Of a DNA stretch of 33,100 nucleotides, positions 1-8,645 are shown in pieces. The translations under genes were made by a program, and so were the position numbers. Source of the stretch: Holosporales bacterium (GTDB lineage Bacteria > Pseudomonadota > Alphaproteobacteria > Paracaedibacterales > UBA11393); assembly GCA_003542655.1 (NCBI GenBank), contig DPKF01000061.1, positions 14,368-47,467 on the forward strand. Reading direction: 5' to 3'. Positions within the stretch are counted from its first letter, which is position 1. Every line of letters starts with the position of its first letter. Under the pieces are notes generated by a model. It was given only the letters and a program-made list of their open reading frames with translations, was not told the origin of the DNA and ran no database searches.

Positions 1-395
1 ATCGTTTTTTCTATGTACCAAAATAAGAGCTTATTCTCCTTAAATGAATCAAATAAACATCTTAAGTGCCCCCACGGTATTTGGTCCGCAGCTTGTGGAC
101 CAATTTCATTAAATGAAATTCGCAGAGCATAAATACGCATATATTTTAAATTTGTTGTACTAAAACCCTTCATATCAGGAAAAGTGTGTTTTAAATCCTC
201 TGATAGTTGTTCAATTACTTTTGATCCCCAACCAAGTTCCTTTTGCTTTTCTAAAATAGATTTTCCAATGCGCCAATACAGCATCGTAAGTTCTTTATTA
301 ACACTTAATGCTGCACGAACGCGTGATGTTTGAATATCTTTCTTAATATCATTAAACATCACCATATAATCTTTAGTTGTTGTTATTTCTGTCAT
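1..395 (-). CDS. YhcG/DUF1016-like (PDDEXK nuclease family) protein, N-terminal part only; the gene continues beyond the left window edge
   Basis: Not in the ORF track because it is open-ended. My reverse-complement translation from ATG at 395 gives MTEITTTKDYMVMFNDIKKDIQTSRVRAALSVNKELTMLYWRIGKSILEKQKELGWGSKVIEQLSEDLKHTFPDMKGFSTTNLKYMRIYALRISFNEIGPQAADQIPWGHLRCLFDSFKENKLLFWYIEKT. The pattern (NxELxxLYWxIGxxI, WGxxVIxxLSxDL, GFSxxNLxYMRxFY, QxPWxH) matches the YhcG N-terminal domain as I remember it. Confidence 0.7.
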   Translation of the reverse strand, partial: MTEITTTKDYMVMFNDIKKDIQTSRVRAALSVNKELTMLYWRIGKSILEKQKELGWGSKVIEQLSEDLKHTFPDMKGFSTTNLKYMRIYALRISFNEIGPQAADQIPWGHLRCLFDSFKENKLLFWYIEKT

Positions 396-518
396 CTTTA
401 TTTTCTTTAAATAAACTGGTTTCATTATAACTCAATACAAGTAAAAGGTCTTAAAAAACTAGTATTTTTGCCGTTTTTGTGGCATTCTAAAAGAGTGGAT
501 GAAATAAGAAGTCAACGC

Positions 519-803
519 ATGAACAATAAATCCCTCACTAGAAAACAGGCGATTTTCCCAACACTGTTTATGGCAACCGGTTGGTTCGTTCTATCCCCGT
601 TATGGGTTGGGTTTTGCATTGTTATTCCTGCCGCTATATACATTATCTTAAATCCTCATAAAGTTGTTTTCCACAGACAAAGTAAATATGCTGCGTCCAG
701 TACAATATATCGTCGTTCATCTCATTCATCACCGATATCAAGTCAATCACATTTATTAGGATGTCATTCTCTTTCACAACGCAAAGATAGGTACGGTTTT
801 TAG
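519..803 (+). CDS. hypothetical small membrane protein (94 aa from the in-frame ATG; the track ORF starts at TTG 468)
   Basis: ORF 468..803 contains an internal ATG at 519 (MNNKSLTRKQ...). It has one or two hydrophobic segments (FPTLFMATGWFVLSPLWVGFCIVIPAAIYIIL). It is convergent with traG and overlaps the traG stop by 4 nt. The Ser-rich tail has no recognisable family. Confidence 0.3.
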   Translation: MNNKSLTRKQAIFPTLFMATGWFVLSPLWVGFCIVIPAAIYIILNPHKVVFHRQSKYAASSTIYRRSSHSSPISSQSHLLGCHSLSQRKDRYGF

Positions 804-3616
804 CCACCTTTCTTATTCTTATGGTTTTTGCGTAAATCATTTGATGCACCCGCTTGTGTATACCCCATATTGTGCCTGTCGTGATGGTCTGCATCATGGT
901 CAAAATTTTGTTGTGCTTCCACATGTTGTAATTTAGCTTTAGTACCCTCATTAAACATTTTTAGGTTACCCGCTCTATTTTGGCTTTCTACATTTCGTAT
1001 AACTGCTTTTGTTTCTGATTCATTCACTCCAAGATTTTCTTTTTTTATTCTTGCCCCCACGCTGTCATGTTCTTGCTGCATTACTGTTTGCTCACCATAT
1101 ATCTGATCTACTTGTGAATTTTCATACTTTTCTTTTAAATCTTCCTTATTTTTTAAATCCTGCATTATTTTCTGGTGCTTTTCTTGTTCTGGTAAAACTT
1201 TTTGATCCATATACTGCTGTGCAGCTTTTTGTTTATCCCTAACAGACATATGTTTCAATTTATGTGCGCCTATATGATCCACAAATTCCTGATCAAATGA
1301 CGCATTAACCGAAGCTGATGAACTTTTTGTATACGCAATTTCTTTATCAAAAGATTGTGCATGTTCAAAATATGCATGAGCAGACTTTTCATGTCGGTTT
1401 GATGTTTCATAACTTGAACTGAAGTTGTCCAAAGATTGTTTTAAATCCTGATCTTGAATATCTACATTCTTATTCTTATGGAATCCATTCATCTTTTGAT
1501 ATTGTTCTTGATAACTTGTATTTCTACTTAAATCAATAATAGATTCAGCAGCCTCACTTGCGGACATCTGTACATTTTCTGATTTGCTCATCTTTAACCC
1601 TATATCAGCCGTCAAACCAGGAACGGAAAATGATCCACCTAGATGACCTTCGAAAGCCTTCTGGTTAATATATTCTTTTGATAGTCCTGTTTTATTCGAA
1701 ATCTGTTCTACCCTGTTATAGTGGTCTGCCGCTTCCTTCATATGATTATATGTTTCTTGATCTTGAAACTGCACCCCACTTGCAAGCATGCGCTGTGCTT
1801 GTTCTCCAATTTCTAGATAATGATTACTCGCTTGTTGCCTTGCCTCCATTCCTGATTTTTGTTGATTTTCTCCAAAAGTCTGCGCTTCGTTTTGGTGCTT
1901 GCGTAGTATAGCTTCTCTAGACTCTGCCATATTAAGGGAAACGGGCCCACGCGACTCATTTTGTGTAAGAATTTCTTTTCCATCAGCGTCTGATATGATA
2001 GAAGATGAACCCTCATTGCTTATCATATGACCGTACCCCGTGTAACTTGGAGCATTGTCTTGTTTTAGATGTGTCCTATTATTCATATTCCTGTTTTCAA
2101 AGGACATATTCCCAAAACTATAATTTCCTGTGGCTTTTTCAGTGGCTGCTTGGGTTGCAGCACCTGTGCCAACACCCATGAGGTTTGATGCCATGCTGAC
2201 AAAGGCATAACCACCACGCTCTAGCAACGTCCAGGCGAGGATTGGGATAACCGAACACAAGTACCCAGCAATGGCCGACATGTCCATCGCCATATTGGAT
2301 AGCCCTACAAAATTACCAATTGTAATGCCGTTTGCCCCTTTCATTGAAGACATGGCGCGCCAGCTCATAGCCTCCGTCATGATAAAGTTCAGTATCGCAA
2401 ACAAAGGCGCCCACAGCTGAAGCCAGAGAAGAACCTTAAAATAGAAACCAAGAAGTTTTATGCCATTTGGCAGCAAAATCAGCCCCATTACAAAAATAAA
2501 CAGGCAGTATAACAGTGCTTCTAAAACATTTTTAATACTAGGAAGACCTTGTGCAATCACATGCCCTATCGTTTGATAGGTTTCCCGCTGTTGCAAATAA
2601 GCACGGCGCACCTCAAAATTAGGCGATCCGCCAAGTTCAATGGTTTTTTGCTCCGACCCTTTTAAAATGCTGGAGATCATCAACTGCTGTTTAATCTGAC
2701 CTGCTGCATCTTTTGCACTTTTCGTCATCTTCTGAATGGCACCTGGCAAATATGATTTAAGCTGATTGGATAGAGCGTCTTGATCTGCTCCCCAAGCCAT
2801 ACTTGCTGCAATTTTTTTTGATAAATAGGTAAGACTAGAATCCGTAATCCCCCCCCATAACGCATCGATTTTTTTAACGCCTTCCTGACACGTAATAATT
2901 TCTGTTCCATTTGAGCCGACAAACTTTTTTTCCCCATCACGCACAACATCCCGCCACGGAAAACCCCTAATTTTGGAGGCTTTTTCAGAGACAAGTTTCC
3001 ATAAATCATCACTATGTTTTAGATCATGAAGCGTATATTTACGGCCAATAAGCGCATCATATGTGACACACTGATTTACAAAGCTATGCATATTTTCCTC
3101 TATATCTTGATTATCAAAGGCAACATGTTTCATACTTTGAATCGCTTCTGCACCAAAAATAAACCCTGTTTTACTGTAGGTTGATAAACCATTTCCCGTA
3201 ATACCGATGCCGCCAACACTTTCCGTTGAAGAGGGCTGAAATACTTGCTCAATAACTTGCGTAAAACCATTGCCAAGTGTTGAAATAATAGAAGCGCCAA
3301 AAGCTAGAGCAAAGGGCACATTATCCACCTCGCGAGGGCCTGAAAGCATGGAGTCTCTAATATCAACTTTTGCAATAGGGCTAACAAAGCCTGTTACCAA
3401 AATAGCATAGGTAATAAACCACTTAAGCATGGGTTGAACCTCATGACGAAATACCGTCATCCAGATGGCCATAGTGCCGCCAATAATGGTGCCCATTGTG
3501 AGTAATGGTTGATAAAGCAAACCACCTTCCGGACGCAACATTGAGGCAATAGCATTAAAGACCATAAAGAGAATATCACCACCACCAATGGTATAAATTG
3601 TAAATGTATCACTCAT
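800..3616 (-). CDS. traG: F-type conjugative transfer protein TraG (TraG_N family; pilus assembly / mating-pair stabilisation)
   Basis: 938 aa. The polytopic N-terminal half (several TM segments, e.g. LLPNGIKLLGFYFKVLLWLQLWAPLFAILNFIMTEAM) is followed by a long charged Q/E/K-rich periplasmic C-terminus. It is the last gene of the F-like order traN-traF-traH-traG. An AGGA RBS lies upstream of ATG 3616. Confidence 0.9.
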   Translation of the reverse strand: MSDTFTIYTIGGGDILFMVFNAIASMLRPEGGLLYQPLLTMGTIIGGTMAIWMTVFRHEVQPMLKWFITYAILVTGFVSPIAKVDIRDSMLSGPREVDNVPFALAFGASIISTLGNGFTQVIEQVFQPSSTESVGGIGITGNGLSTYSKTGFIFGAEAIQSMKHVAFDNQDIEENMHSFVNQCVTYDALIGRKYTLHDLKHSDDLWKLVSEKASKIRGFPWRDVVRDGEKKFVGSNGTEIITCQEGVKKIDALWGGITDSSLTYLSKKIAASMAWGADQDALSNQLKSYLPGAIQKMTKSAKDAAGQIKQQLMISSILKGSEQKTIELGGSPNFEVRRAYLQQRETYQTIGHVIAQGLPSIKNVLEALLYCLFIFVMGLILLPNGIKLLGFYFKVLLWLQLWAPLFAILNFIMTEAMSWRAMSSMKGANGITIGNFVGLSNMAMDMSAIAGYLCSVIPILAWTLLERGGYAFVSMASNLMGVGTGAATQAATEKATGNYSFGNMSFENRNMNNRTHLKQDNAPSYTGYGHMISNEGSSSIISDADGKEILTQNESRGPVSLNMAESREAILRKHQNEAQTFGENQQKSGMEARQQASNHYLEIGEQAQRMLASGVQFQDQETYNHMKEAADHYNRVEQISNKTGLSKEYINQKAFEGHLGGSFSVPGLTADIGLKMSKSENVQMSASEAAESIIDLSRNTSYQEQYQKMNGFHKNKNVDIQDQDLKQSLDNFSSSYETSNRHEKSAHAYFEHAQSFDKEIAYTKSSSASVNASFDQEFVDHIGAHKLKHMSVRDKQKAAQQYMDQKVLPEQEKHQKIMQDLKNKEDLKEKYENSQVDQIYGEQTVMQQEHDSVGARIKKENLGVNESETKAVIRNVESQNRAGNLKMFNEGTKAKLQHVEAQQNFDHDADHHDRHNMGYTQAGASNDLRKNHKNKKGG

Positions 3617-3672
3617 CGTTATTTTCCTTTCACGTATTTTAAAAATAAATACGCCGTACTTTTCTCATGTGT

Positions 3673-5085
3673 TTAAACTTCCGGTAAACTGCCCATCATA
3701 TGATGCAGCTGCGCTTCAATCATCTGTGTTTTTTGAATAAATCCAAGCATTTGGTCCATCTTCTTAAAAGCATTTTGACGAAGACCCATAAGCGATTGTT
3801 GCGTCTCTCGAATGCCTTTTAAGAAAGGCGCTATATCTTCATCACTAAATTGAATATCACGCATATTAGTAACAATTTCCCTAAGAGACATCAAAACATC
3901 ATTGACGTAGGTAACAACCACATCAAAGGAAATAATTTCAGCGTATTCAGCCAAACTAATCGGAGATTTTCCTTTTTGATAAGCTGTGGAGACATTGATA
4001 AACTTATATAGGGGTAAACTGGTCGCATTAATAAGCGATATTTCAGCAGGGCTAGAAACTTCATTTCCTTCATCCCTTTGTATTTTATCACTCATGCTTT
4101 CTAAAATTCTGGTAATCTTACGGTGAAGGGCACTATCAGCAGGTAAATTAATTGTCTTTTGTGTTGGGTTAAGGCATTTTTCCATTTCATCACACTTATA
4201 ATATGTGAGGCCTCCACCAGACATAAGCGTCTTTAAAAACGTTTCTCTGTCACCTTGTGCTGGTAAAATAACTTTTTTACCATCTTCTTTTTTAATAATG
4301 GTTCCTGAAAATGTCATAAAAATTTCTTTCAGCTGTTCTTGATCTGTATTATCAAGGCCGCCAATATCATCAAGGGGATTTAACGTTGTGGCATCACCCT
4401 TTAAATTAAAGCTCATCTTTTTTAACACCCGCCAACTCAGATTAAATGCGCCTATAAGCTGTTCCTCTGACGCGTGCTTTGTCCCGATTGTTGTATCTTG
4501 CCCGCATTCCTGACGGGCCTTTGCCAAATCTGATACGCTGCCTTCATGGGTTGCCAGCATTTTACAGACCGCATTTTCTTTTGCATTAGACTTTGGCCAC
4601 ACACTGCCAACCAGACCAGCTGCCACTTCACAGGAATTAATATTCATACTGTTAAAGTCGGCTGCCAATTTATTCAATTGCTGCATAATGTTATGCACTT
4701 GCGGCGCGTATGTTTCAACAGCAAGCATAAAAGCATAGGATCCCATACCACCAATAATATTTTTCATAGCTCCTTTTAGTTGTTCACCACTAATAAAGCC
4801 AAAACCACCAGACCAAATATCAATGCCGCCACACCCCATACGCATACCAGGAGGCGTGATACTTAGGGGATTTAGATTCCTTGAAGGGGATCTCATAAAA
4901 AAAGAACCGCCATTATAATACCCACCGGATTGATCGTTATAAGCAGAACCTTTTGTATGGTTGGTAGCTGCTCCAAACTTATTAAAAAAATTACTCATAT
5001 CTTTATATACACCGGCATTCATATTGAATGACCCAAAAATAATCAAGACAATGAGTAAATAAAATCTTTTAATCATGTTCATCAT
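3673..5085 (-). CDS. traH: F-type conjugative transfer protein TraH
   Basis: 470 aa with a signal peptide (MIKRFYLLIVLIIFGSFNMNAG). It carries the TraH-like motif CGGIDIWSGGFGFISGEQL. Size and position (between traF and traG) match F-like systems. Confidence 0.9.
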   Translation of the reverse strand: MMNMIKRFYLLIVLIIFGSFNMNAGVYKDMSNFFNKFGAATNHTKGSAYNDQSGGYYNGGSFFMRSPSRNLNPLSITPPGMRMGCGGIDIWSGGFGFISGEQLKGAMKNIIGGMGSYAFMLAVETYAPQVHNIMQQLNKLAADFNSMNINSCEVAAGLVGSVWPKSNAKENAVCKMLATHEGSVSDLAKARQECGQDTTIGTKHASEEQLIGAFNLSWRVLKKMSFNLKGDATTLNPLDDIGGLDNTDQEQLKEIFMTFSGTIIKKEDGKKVILPAQGDRETFLKTLMSGGGLTYYKCDEMEKCLNPTQKTINLPADSALHRKITRILESMSDKIQRDEGNEVSSPAEISLINATSLPLYKFINVSTAYQKGKSPISLAEYAEIISFDVVVTYVNDVLMSLREIVTNMRDIQFSDEDIAPFLKGIRETQQSLMGLRQNAFKKMDQMLGFIQKTQMIEAQLHHMMGSLPEV

Positions 5086-5094
5086 ATCTTTCCT

Positions 5095-5943
5095 CTAAAA
5101 TTGTGTTGCAGAATTATAATCGCTATAAGATGCTTTTTTTTCAGAGTGAATCAAAGCAAGAGCGTTCGTCGCTAATGTATCAAGAGACGTTGCTCCATAG
5201 GTGATGGGAATTAAATCATCATCGTTTTTGCTATATGCCATAAGGGCTGGTGCTTGTTGTATACCAAAAGTTTCAGCGATGCCATTATTGTTCCAAATGG
5301 TCGGAAAGAGCGCTTCAATATCAGCGTCTACTGACCCTTGCAAACTAATCACAATAACCTCAAAGCCATGAGCCTCTGCAAATTTTTTAACAACCGGTGC
5401 AAAAGCTTTGCAATACGCACAGTTATGCGACACAAATAAAAATAAACCGTATGTCTTTGCCATACTGGCCAGCTTTGCCTGTCGTGCCATACGCTCTTCA
5501 TCCTTTTTAACATGTGAAATATAGTGTGACGTTGGATTGTCAATTTCAGGATTTAAGGCTGGTGTCGTTAACACCACACGCTTCCACTGCTCTGAAAAAA
5601 AGCTTGCCCGATCCGACATATCTTTTTGTGCTATCATATAGTCCTTCACATGGTTATATGTTGGGCTCATCAGTGCCTTAGCTTTTTTATCCTCTAAACT
5701 CTTTTTATACCGTTGAAGTTGTTCACCGTAATTTGGTTCTACTGGCAAAGATTCAGGCAACAGATTTTCTTTTTTAATTGTCCTAACATCATCCTCTTCT
5801 GCTTCTAGAAAAGGATCCTCATACCAAAACCACCCCCGTGCCTTATCTTCATAAAAACTGCCTTCTACACTTTGAAGAGCACAGAATAAAAAAACTAAGC
5901 TTAAGCAACTTATCCGCGCTAACACCTTAAAATGACTGCCCAT
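5095..5943 (-). CDS. traF: F-type pilus assembly protein TraF (thioredoxin fold), here retaining a CxxC motif
   Basis: 282 aa with a signal peptide. The C-terminal thioredoxin-like block is YGLFLFVSHNCAYCKAFAPVVKKFAEAHGFEVIVISLQG. The gene sits between traN and traH. Confidence 0.85.
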   Translation of the reverse strand: MGSHFKVLARISCLSLVFLFCALQSVEGSFYEDKARGWFWYEDPFLEAEEDDVRTIKKENLLPESLPVEPNYGEQLQRYKKSLEDKKAKALMSPTYNHVKDYMIAQKDMSDRASFFSEQWKRVVLTTPALNPEIDNPTSHYISHVKKDEERMARQAKLASMAKTYGLFLFVSHNCAYCKAFAPVVKKFAEAHGFEVIVISLQGSVDADIEALFPTIWNNNGIAETFGIQQAPALMAYSKNDDDLIPITYGATSLDTLATNALALIHSEKKASYSDYNSATQF

Positions 5944-7519
5944 TGATAGCTCCCTTTGTTTGTTGCTGATGCTTAAAATTTTCTTGGGTTTCTTTTGTAT
6001 TTATCGACGTTTTTTTCTTTTCAAAATCACGTTGAAGTTCTCGTGTCATCTTCGTTGCACTTAAAGCAATATCAGAAAACGCATCACTTAAATCAATACC
6101 GCCAAAATCAACACGTTCTAATTCCCTTGGTGTTAACCCTCTACAATTTGGCGCGTCAGCACTTCCAAAATTTAGTCCCAATTGGCGGCGTGCCCCTTCT
6201 TGAATAGCGCGTGCTATTTTAGATGGGAAGCAACAATGGACCTGCTCTTTAGAGAGCACAACACCGGCAACCTTTTTCTTAACGCGTGTTCCAGTATAAA
6301 CACAGCGTTTATCATGTTTAGCTCTCTTTAACGTTTCTTCATCCGCACTGCACTTTGTGCCAACTCCGGCATTTACGCCCCATCCGCCATCTTTACGGCA
6401 ACAGTTTTTAAATGCCCCACCAAAATTGATAGAACACCGCGCATCATCACCTTTAAAGATAGAAGCAATAGGATTTCCATCCATATGTTTTGAAACTTGT
6501 TTAAGACCTTCTAATTGAGCAAGGGCTTTATACATATTTTGGTTGGGCTCTGATGTTATTGGTTTGATTAAATTTGATGATTTAAAGTCAGACAAATCAT
6601 CTGTCACCGTTTGCACTTCTTCACAAGAAAATGTTTTACGCCATTTTGTGCAAATCTTTAACCCTTGTACTGTTTTGACTTCCCTTAAACAGTGTGATGC
6701 CGTTAAACGGCAACCGGCATCTAAATACGCTTGACACTGAACACACTTTTTTGGCTGCATCAAATACTTATATGTTTCTTCCCAAAAAGGTTTTGCAATC
6801 AGCTCTTGTTCTTTAACAACAGAACCTGCAGCATCTGGAAGGGATACGGCCTCTACTGAGCGCTTTTCTGGCGAACCCTGCTCATAATGACTGATGCAAA
6901 TATCATATTCTGCATTGTGCTTTTCATCTAACCCTTCCAGTGACGCACAACCAACCATCCGATCGCTGATCTCAGTCACAGATCGACTCTGGGAGACAAC
7001 AACGCGGCTGCGGCATCCAGGAGAACAACTCCAATGTTTCATATGAAGCCCTCGCCTTTCTTTGTGACCAGGACAATCTCTGACCGTTTGTCTAATTTCA
7101 GGCACCAATCTTAAGTGAACAACGCGGTACTTTGTGCAGATTTGCGCAAAAGCGTCCCCACCGTCTTCACAAACTTTTTCAACAGTCTGCTTAACCTCTC
7201 GTGTTTGAACGGTTTTTTGATGACCCTGGAACGGATCATAAGGTTCCACAACCTCTTCACCCATTTTGTTATAAGAATCTTTTATATAAACAAAGTCTTC
7301 AGACGTTTTTTGTGCTTCTGCCTGTTTATTTAAGGTCTCAGCGTCATAATAACCACATTCCTTTGGACGTTCTGAAAGCGCCATCTCTAACTGCCCTGCC
7401 CCACCTTGCTTAATATCTGCACTTTTTTGATTGGCTATTGATGCTAGGGATTCACCTTCAGATAAGGCGTCCGCGTAAATAAAAAAAGGACAAAACAAAA
7501 AGAACAGAAGATGCATCAT
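5927..7519 (-). CDS. traN: F-type mating-pair stabilisation outer-membrane protein TraN
   Basis: 530 aa with a signal peptide. It is very Cys-rich throughout, with the C-terminal FKNCCRKDGGWG and HCCFPSK motifs typical of TraN. It is flanked by trbC and traF. Confidence 0.85.
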   Translation of the reverse strand: MMHLLFFLFCPFFIYADALSEGESLASIANQKSADIKQGGAGQLEMALSERPKECGYYDAETLNKQAEAQKTSEDFVYIKDSYNKMGEEVVEPYDPFQGHQKTVQTREVKQTVEKVCEDGGDAFAQICTKYRVVHLRLVPEIRQTVRDCPGHKERRGLHMKHWSCSPGCRSRVVVSQSRSVTEISDRMVGCASLEGLDEKHNAEYDICISHYEQGSPEKRSVEAVSLPDAAGSVVKEQELIAKPFWEETYKYLMQPKKCVQCQAYLDAGCRLTASHCLREVKTVQGLKICTKWRKTFSCEEVQTVTDDLSDFKSSNLIKPITSEPNQNMYKALAQLEGLKQVSKHMDGNPIASIFKGDDARCSINFGGAFKNCCRKDGGWGVNAGVGTKCSADEETLKRAKHDKRCVYTGTRVKKKVAGVVLSKEQVHCCFPSKIARAIQEGARRQLGLNFGSADAPNCRGLTPRELERVDFGGIDLSDAFSDIALSATKMTRELQRDFEKKKTSINTKETQENFKHQQQTKGAINGQSF

Positions 7520-8172
7520 TTTTTAGGGACTTCTTTTTTATCTATAGAATCATTTGCGCTCTTACTTAATTTTTCCACAGCAAAATCAAGCGTCACATTT
7601 CCTTGCAACCGGTAAACTTTATCACCACGCGTTGTCATAAAGACAGGCACGTGTGTCACCTGATAAACTTCAAATAATTTTGGATCTATTTCAAGTGGAT
7701 GACCTATGTTTTCTACAAGCTGTGCCGTCTTTGGCATAGAATCCTGAACCATACCTTGAATAACAAAACGAACTTTACCCTCTCTCATTTGTCCGGCTTC
7801 AATCACAAGACCTTTAAGTGCTGCCTTTGGCACACTATTTGATACAAATACGGTGATCTCTTGCTTATGAGACGCATTATTTTCCATCAAACTTTTATCT
7901 CCATTTGATTCGGGCGTAACACCTAAAAAAGCTGTCATTTTTTCAAGATCAGCTTTCGTAATCGGCTTACCAAAACAATCGCCCGAACACCGCTTCTCAG
8001 AAAACAAATCTATATTCTTTGCTTTGGCTTCTTGTATCCGCGCATCAATTTTGCGCTTAAGATCAGGCGTTAAACTTGCTGCACTTGTAAAATTTGTTAA
8101 ACATGTTACACTTACAATAGTTAATAGTATAATGTTAAAGGAGAACGTACATGCTGGGCGTAAGATTACCAA
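7516..8172 (-). CDS. trbC: F-type conjugative transfer protein TrbC; start uncertain (proposed TTG at 8172)
   Basis: Only the C-terminal ~200 aa of the 381-aa track ORF look protein-like: signal-peptide-like NIILLTIVSVTCLTNFTSAAS, then LTPDLKRKIDARIQEAK...VFVSNSVPKAALKGLVIEA...VTHVPVF. Size and position between traU and traN fit TrbC. No ATG or GTG precedes the signal peptide. The nearest in-frame candidate start is TTG at 8172, which would overlap the divergent antitoxin gene start by 22 nt. Confidence 0.65.
   Translation of the reverse strand: MVILRPACTFSFNIILLTIVSVTCLTNFTSAASLTPDLKRKIDARIQEAKAKNIDLFSEKRCSGDCFGKPITKADLEKMTAFLGVTPESNGDKSLMENNASHKQEITVFVSNSVPKAALKGLVIEAGQMREGKVRFVIQGMVQDSMPKTAQLVENIGHPLEIDPKLFEVYQVTHVPVFMTTRGDKVYRLQGNVTLDFAVEKLSKSANDSIDKKEVPKK
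8106..8143 (+). promoter_or_regulatory. candidate sigma70-type promoter plus RBS for the relBE-like cassette
   Basis: TTACAC (8106-8111), a 16-nt spacer, TATAAT (8128-8133), then AAGGAG (8138-8143) 7 nt before ATG 8151. All of this lies inside the trbC signal-peptide coding region on the other strand. Confidence 0.5.
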
Positions 8173-8393
8173 ACACCTTGGAAGAACGTTTAAGTGCGCT
8201 TTCAAAATCAACACATAGGCCAAAAAGCTATTATGTGAAAGCGGCTTTACAAAATTATCTAGACGAGTATGAGACGCTGTATCACACCATGCAAACCTAT
8301 GAAATGCAAAAAAAGAATGGCACCTTACAAACAACCTCTTTAGATGATTTAATGCAAGAAAACAGTATAAGTGCACATGACCTGGACCTTTAA
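8151..8393 (+). CDS. type II antitoxin, ribbon-helix-helix (RelB/ParD/CopG-like)
   Basis: 80 aa. The N-terminus MLGVRLPNTLEERLSALSKSTHRPKSYYVKAALQNYLDE is a classic RHH antitoxin signature. The strong RBS is noted above. The gene overlaps the downstream toxin gene by 17 nt. Confidence 0.8.
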   Translation: MLGVRLPNTLEERLSALSKSTHRPKSYYVKAALQNYLDEYETLYHTMQTYEMQKKNGTLQTTSLDDLMQENSISAHDLDL

Positions 8394-8643
8394 AGTTACA
8401 GATGACTGTCGTAAGCAATTCAATAAGTTGGATAAGCCCATTCAAAAACGCATTTTGTCTTACTTTCATCATAAAGTATTGACACACCCTAACCCCGTGC
8501 AATTGGCAAAACCTTTGAAAGGACCCTTTGCGCCTTATCATAGATACCGCATTGGGGATCACAGAGTGATTGTTGATATCAGAAAACCAGAACTTATTAT
8601 TATTGGGATTCAAGTCTCGCACCGTAAAAATATTTATTCCTAA
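8377..8643 (+). CDS. type II toxin, RelE/ParE superfamily
   Basis: 88 aa from ATG 8377: MTWTFKVTDDCRKQFNKLDKPIQKRILSYF...PLKGPFAPYHRYRIGDHRVIVDIRKPELIIIGIQVSHRKNIY. It matches the RelE/ParE pattern (KxLxKLD, LxG, YRxRxGDYRxIY, VxHRKxIY). Its stop is 2 nt from the convergent traU stop. Confidence 0.85.
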   Translation: MTWTFKVTDDCRKQFNKLDKPIQKRILSYFHHKVLTHPNPVQLAKPLKGPFAPYHRYRIGDHRVIVDIRKPELIIIGIQVSHRKNIYS

Positions 8644-8645
8644 AA

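Noticed and set aside
643-3012. Nested short ORFs inside or opposite traG (643..951, 1009..1242, 1678..1911, 1813..2016, 2725..3012)
   Set aside because: All are embedded in the strongly supported traG frame, are short and lack recognisable motifs. The same reasoning applies to the nested ORFs within traH, traF, traN, traU, traW, traC, traK, traE, the kinase-like gene, umuC, the SNF2 gene and the AAA ATPase gene.
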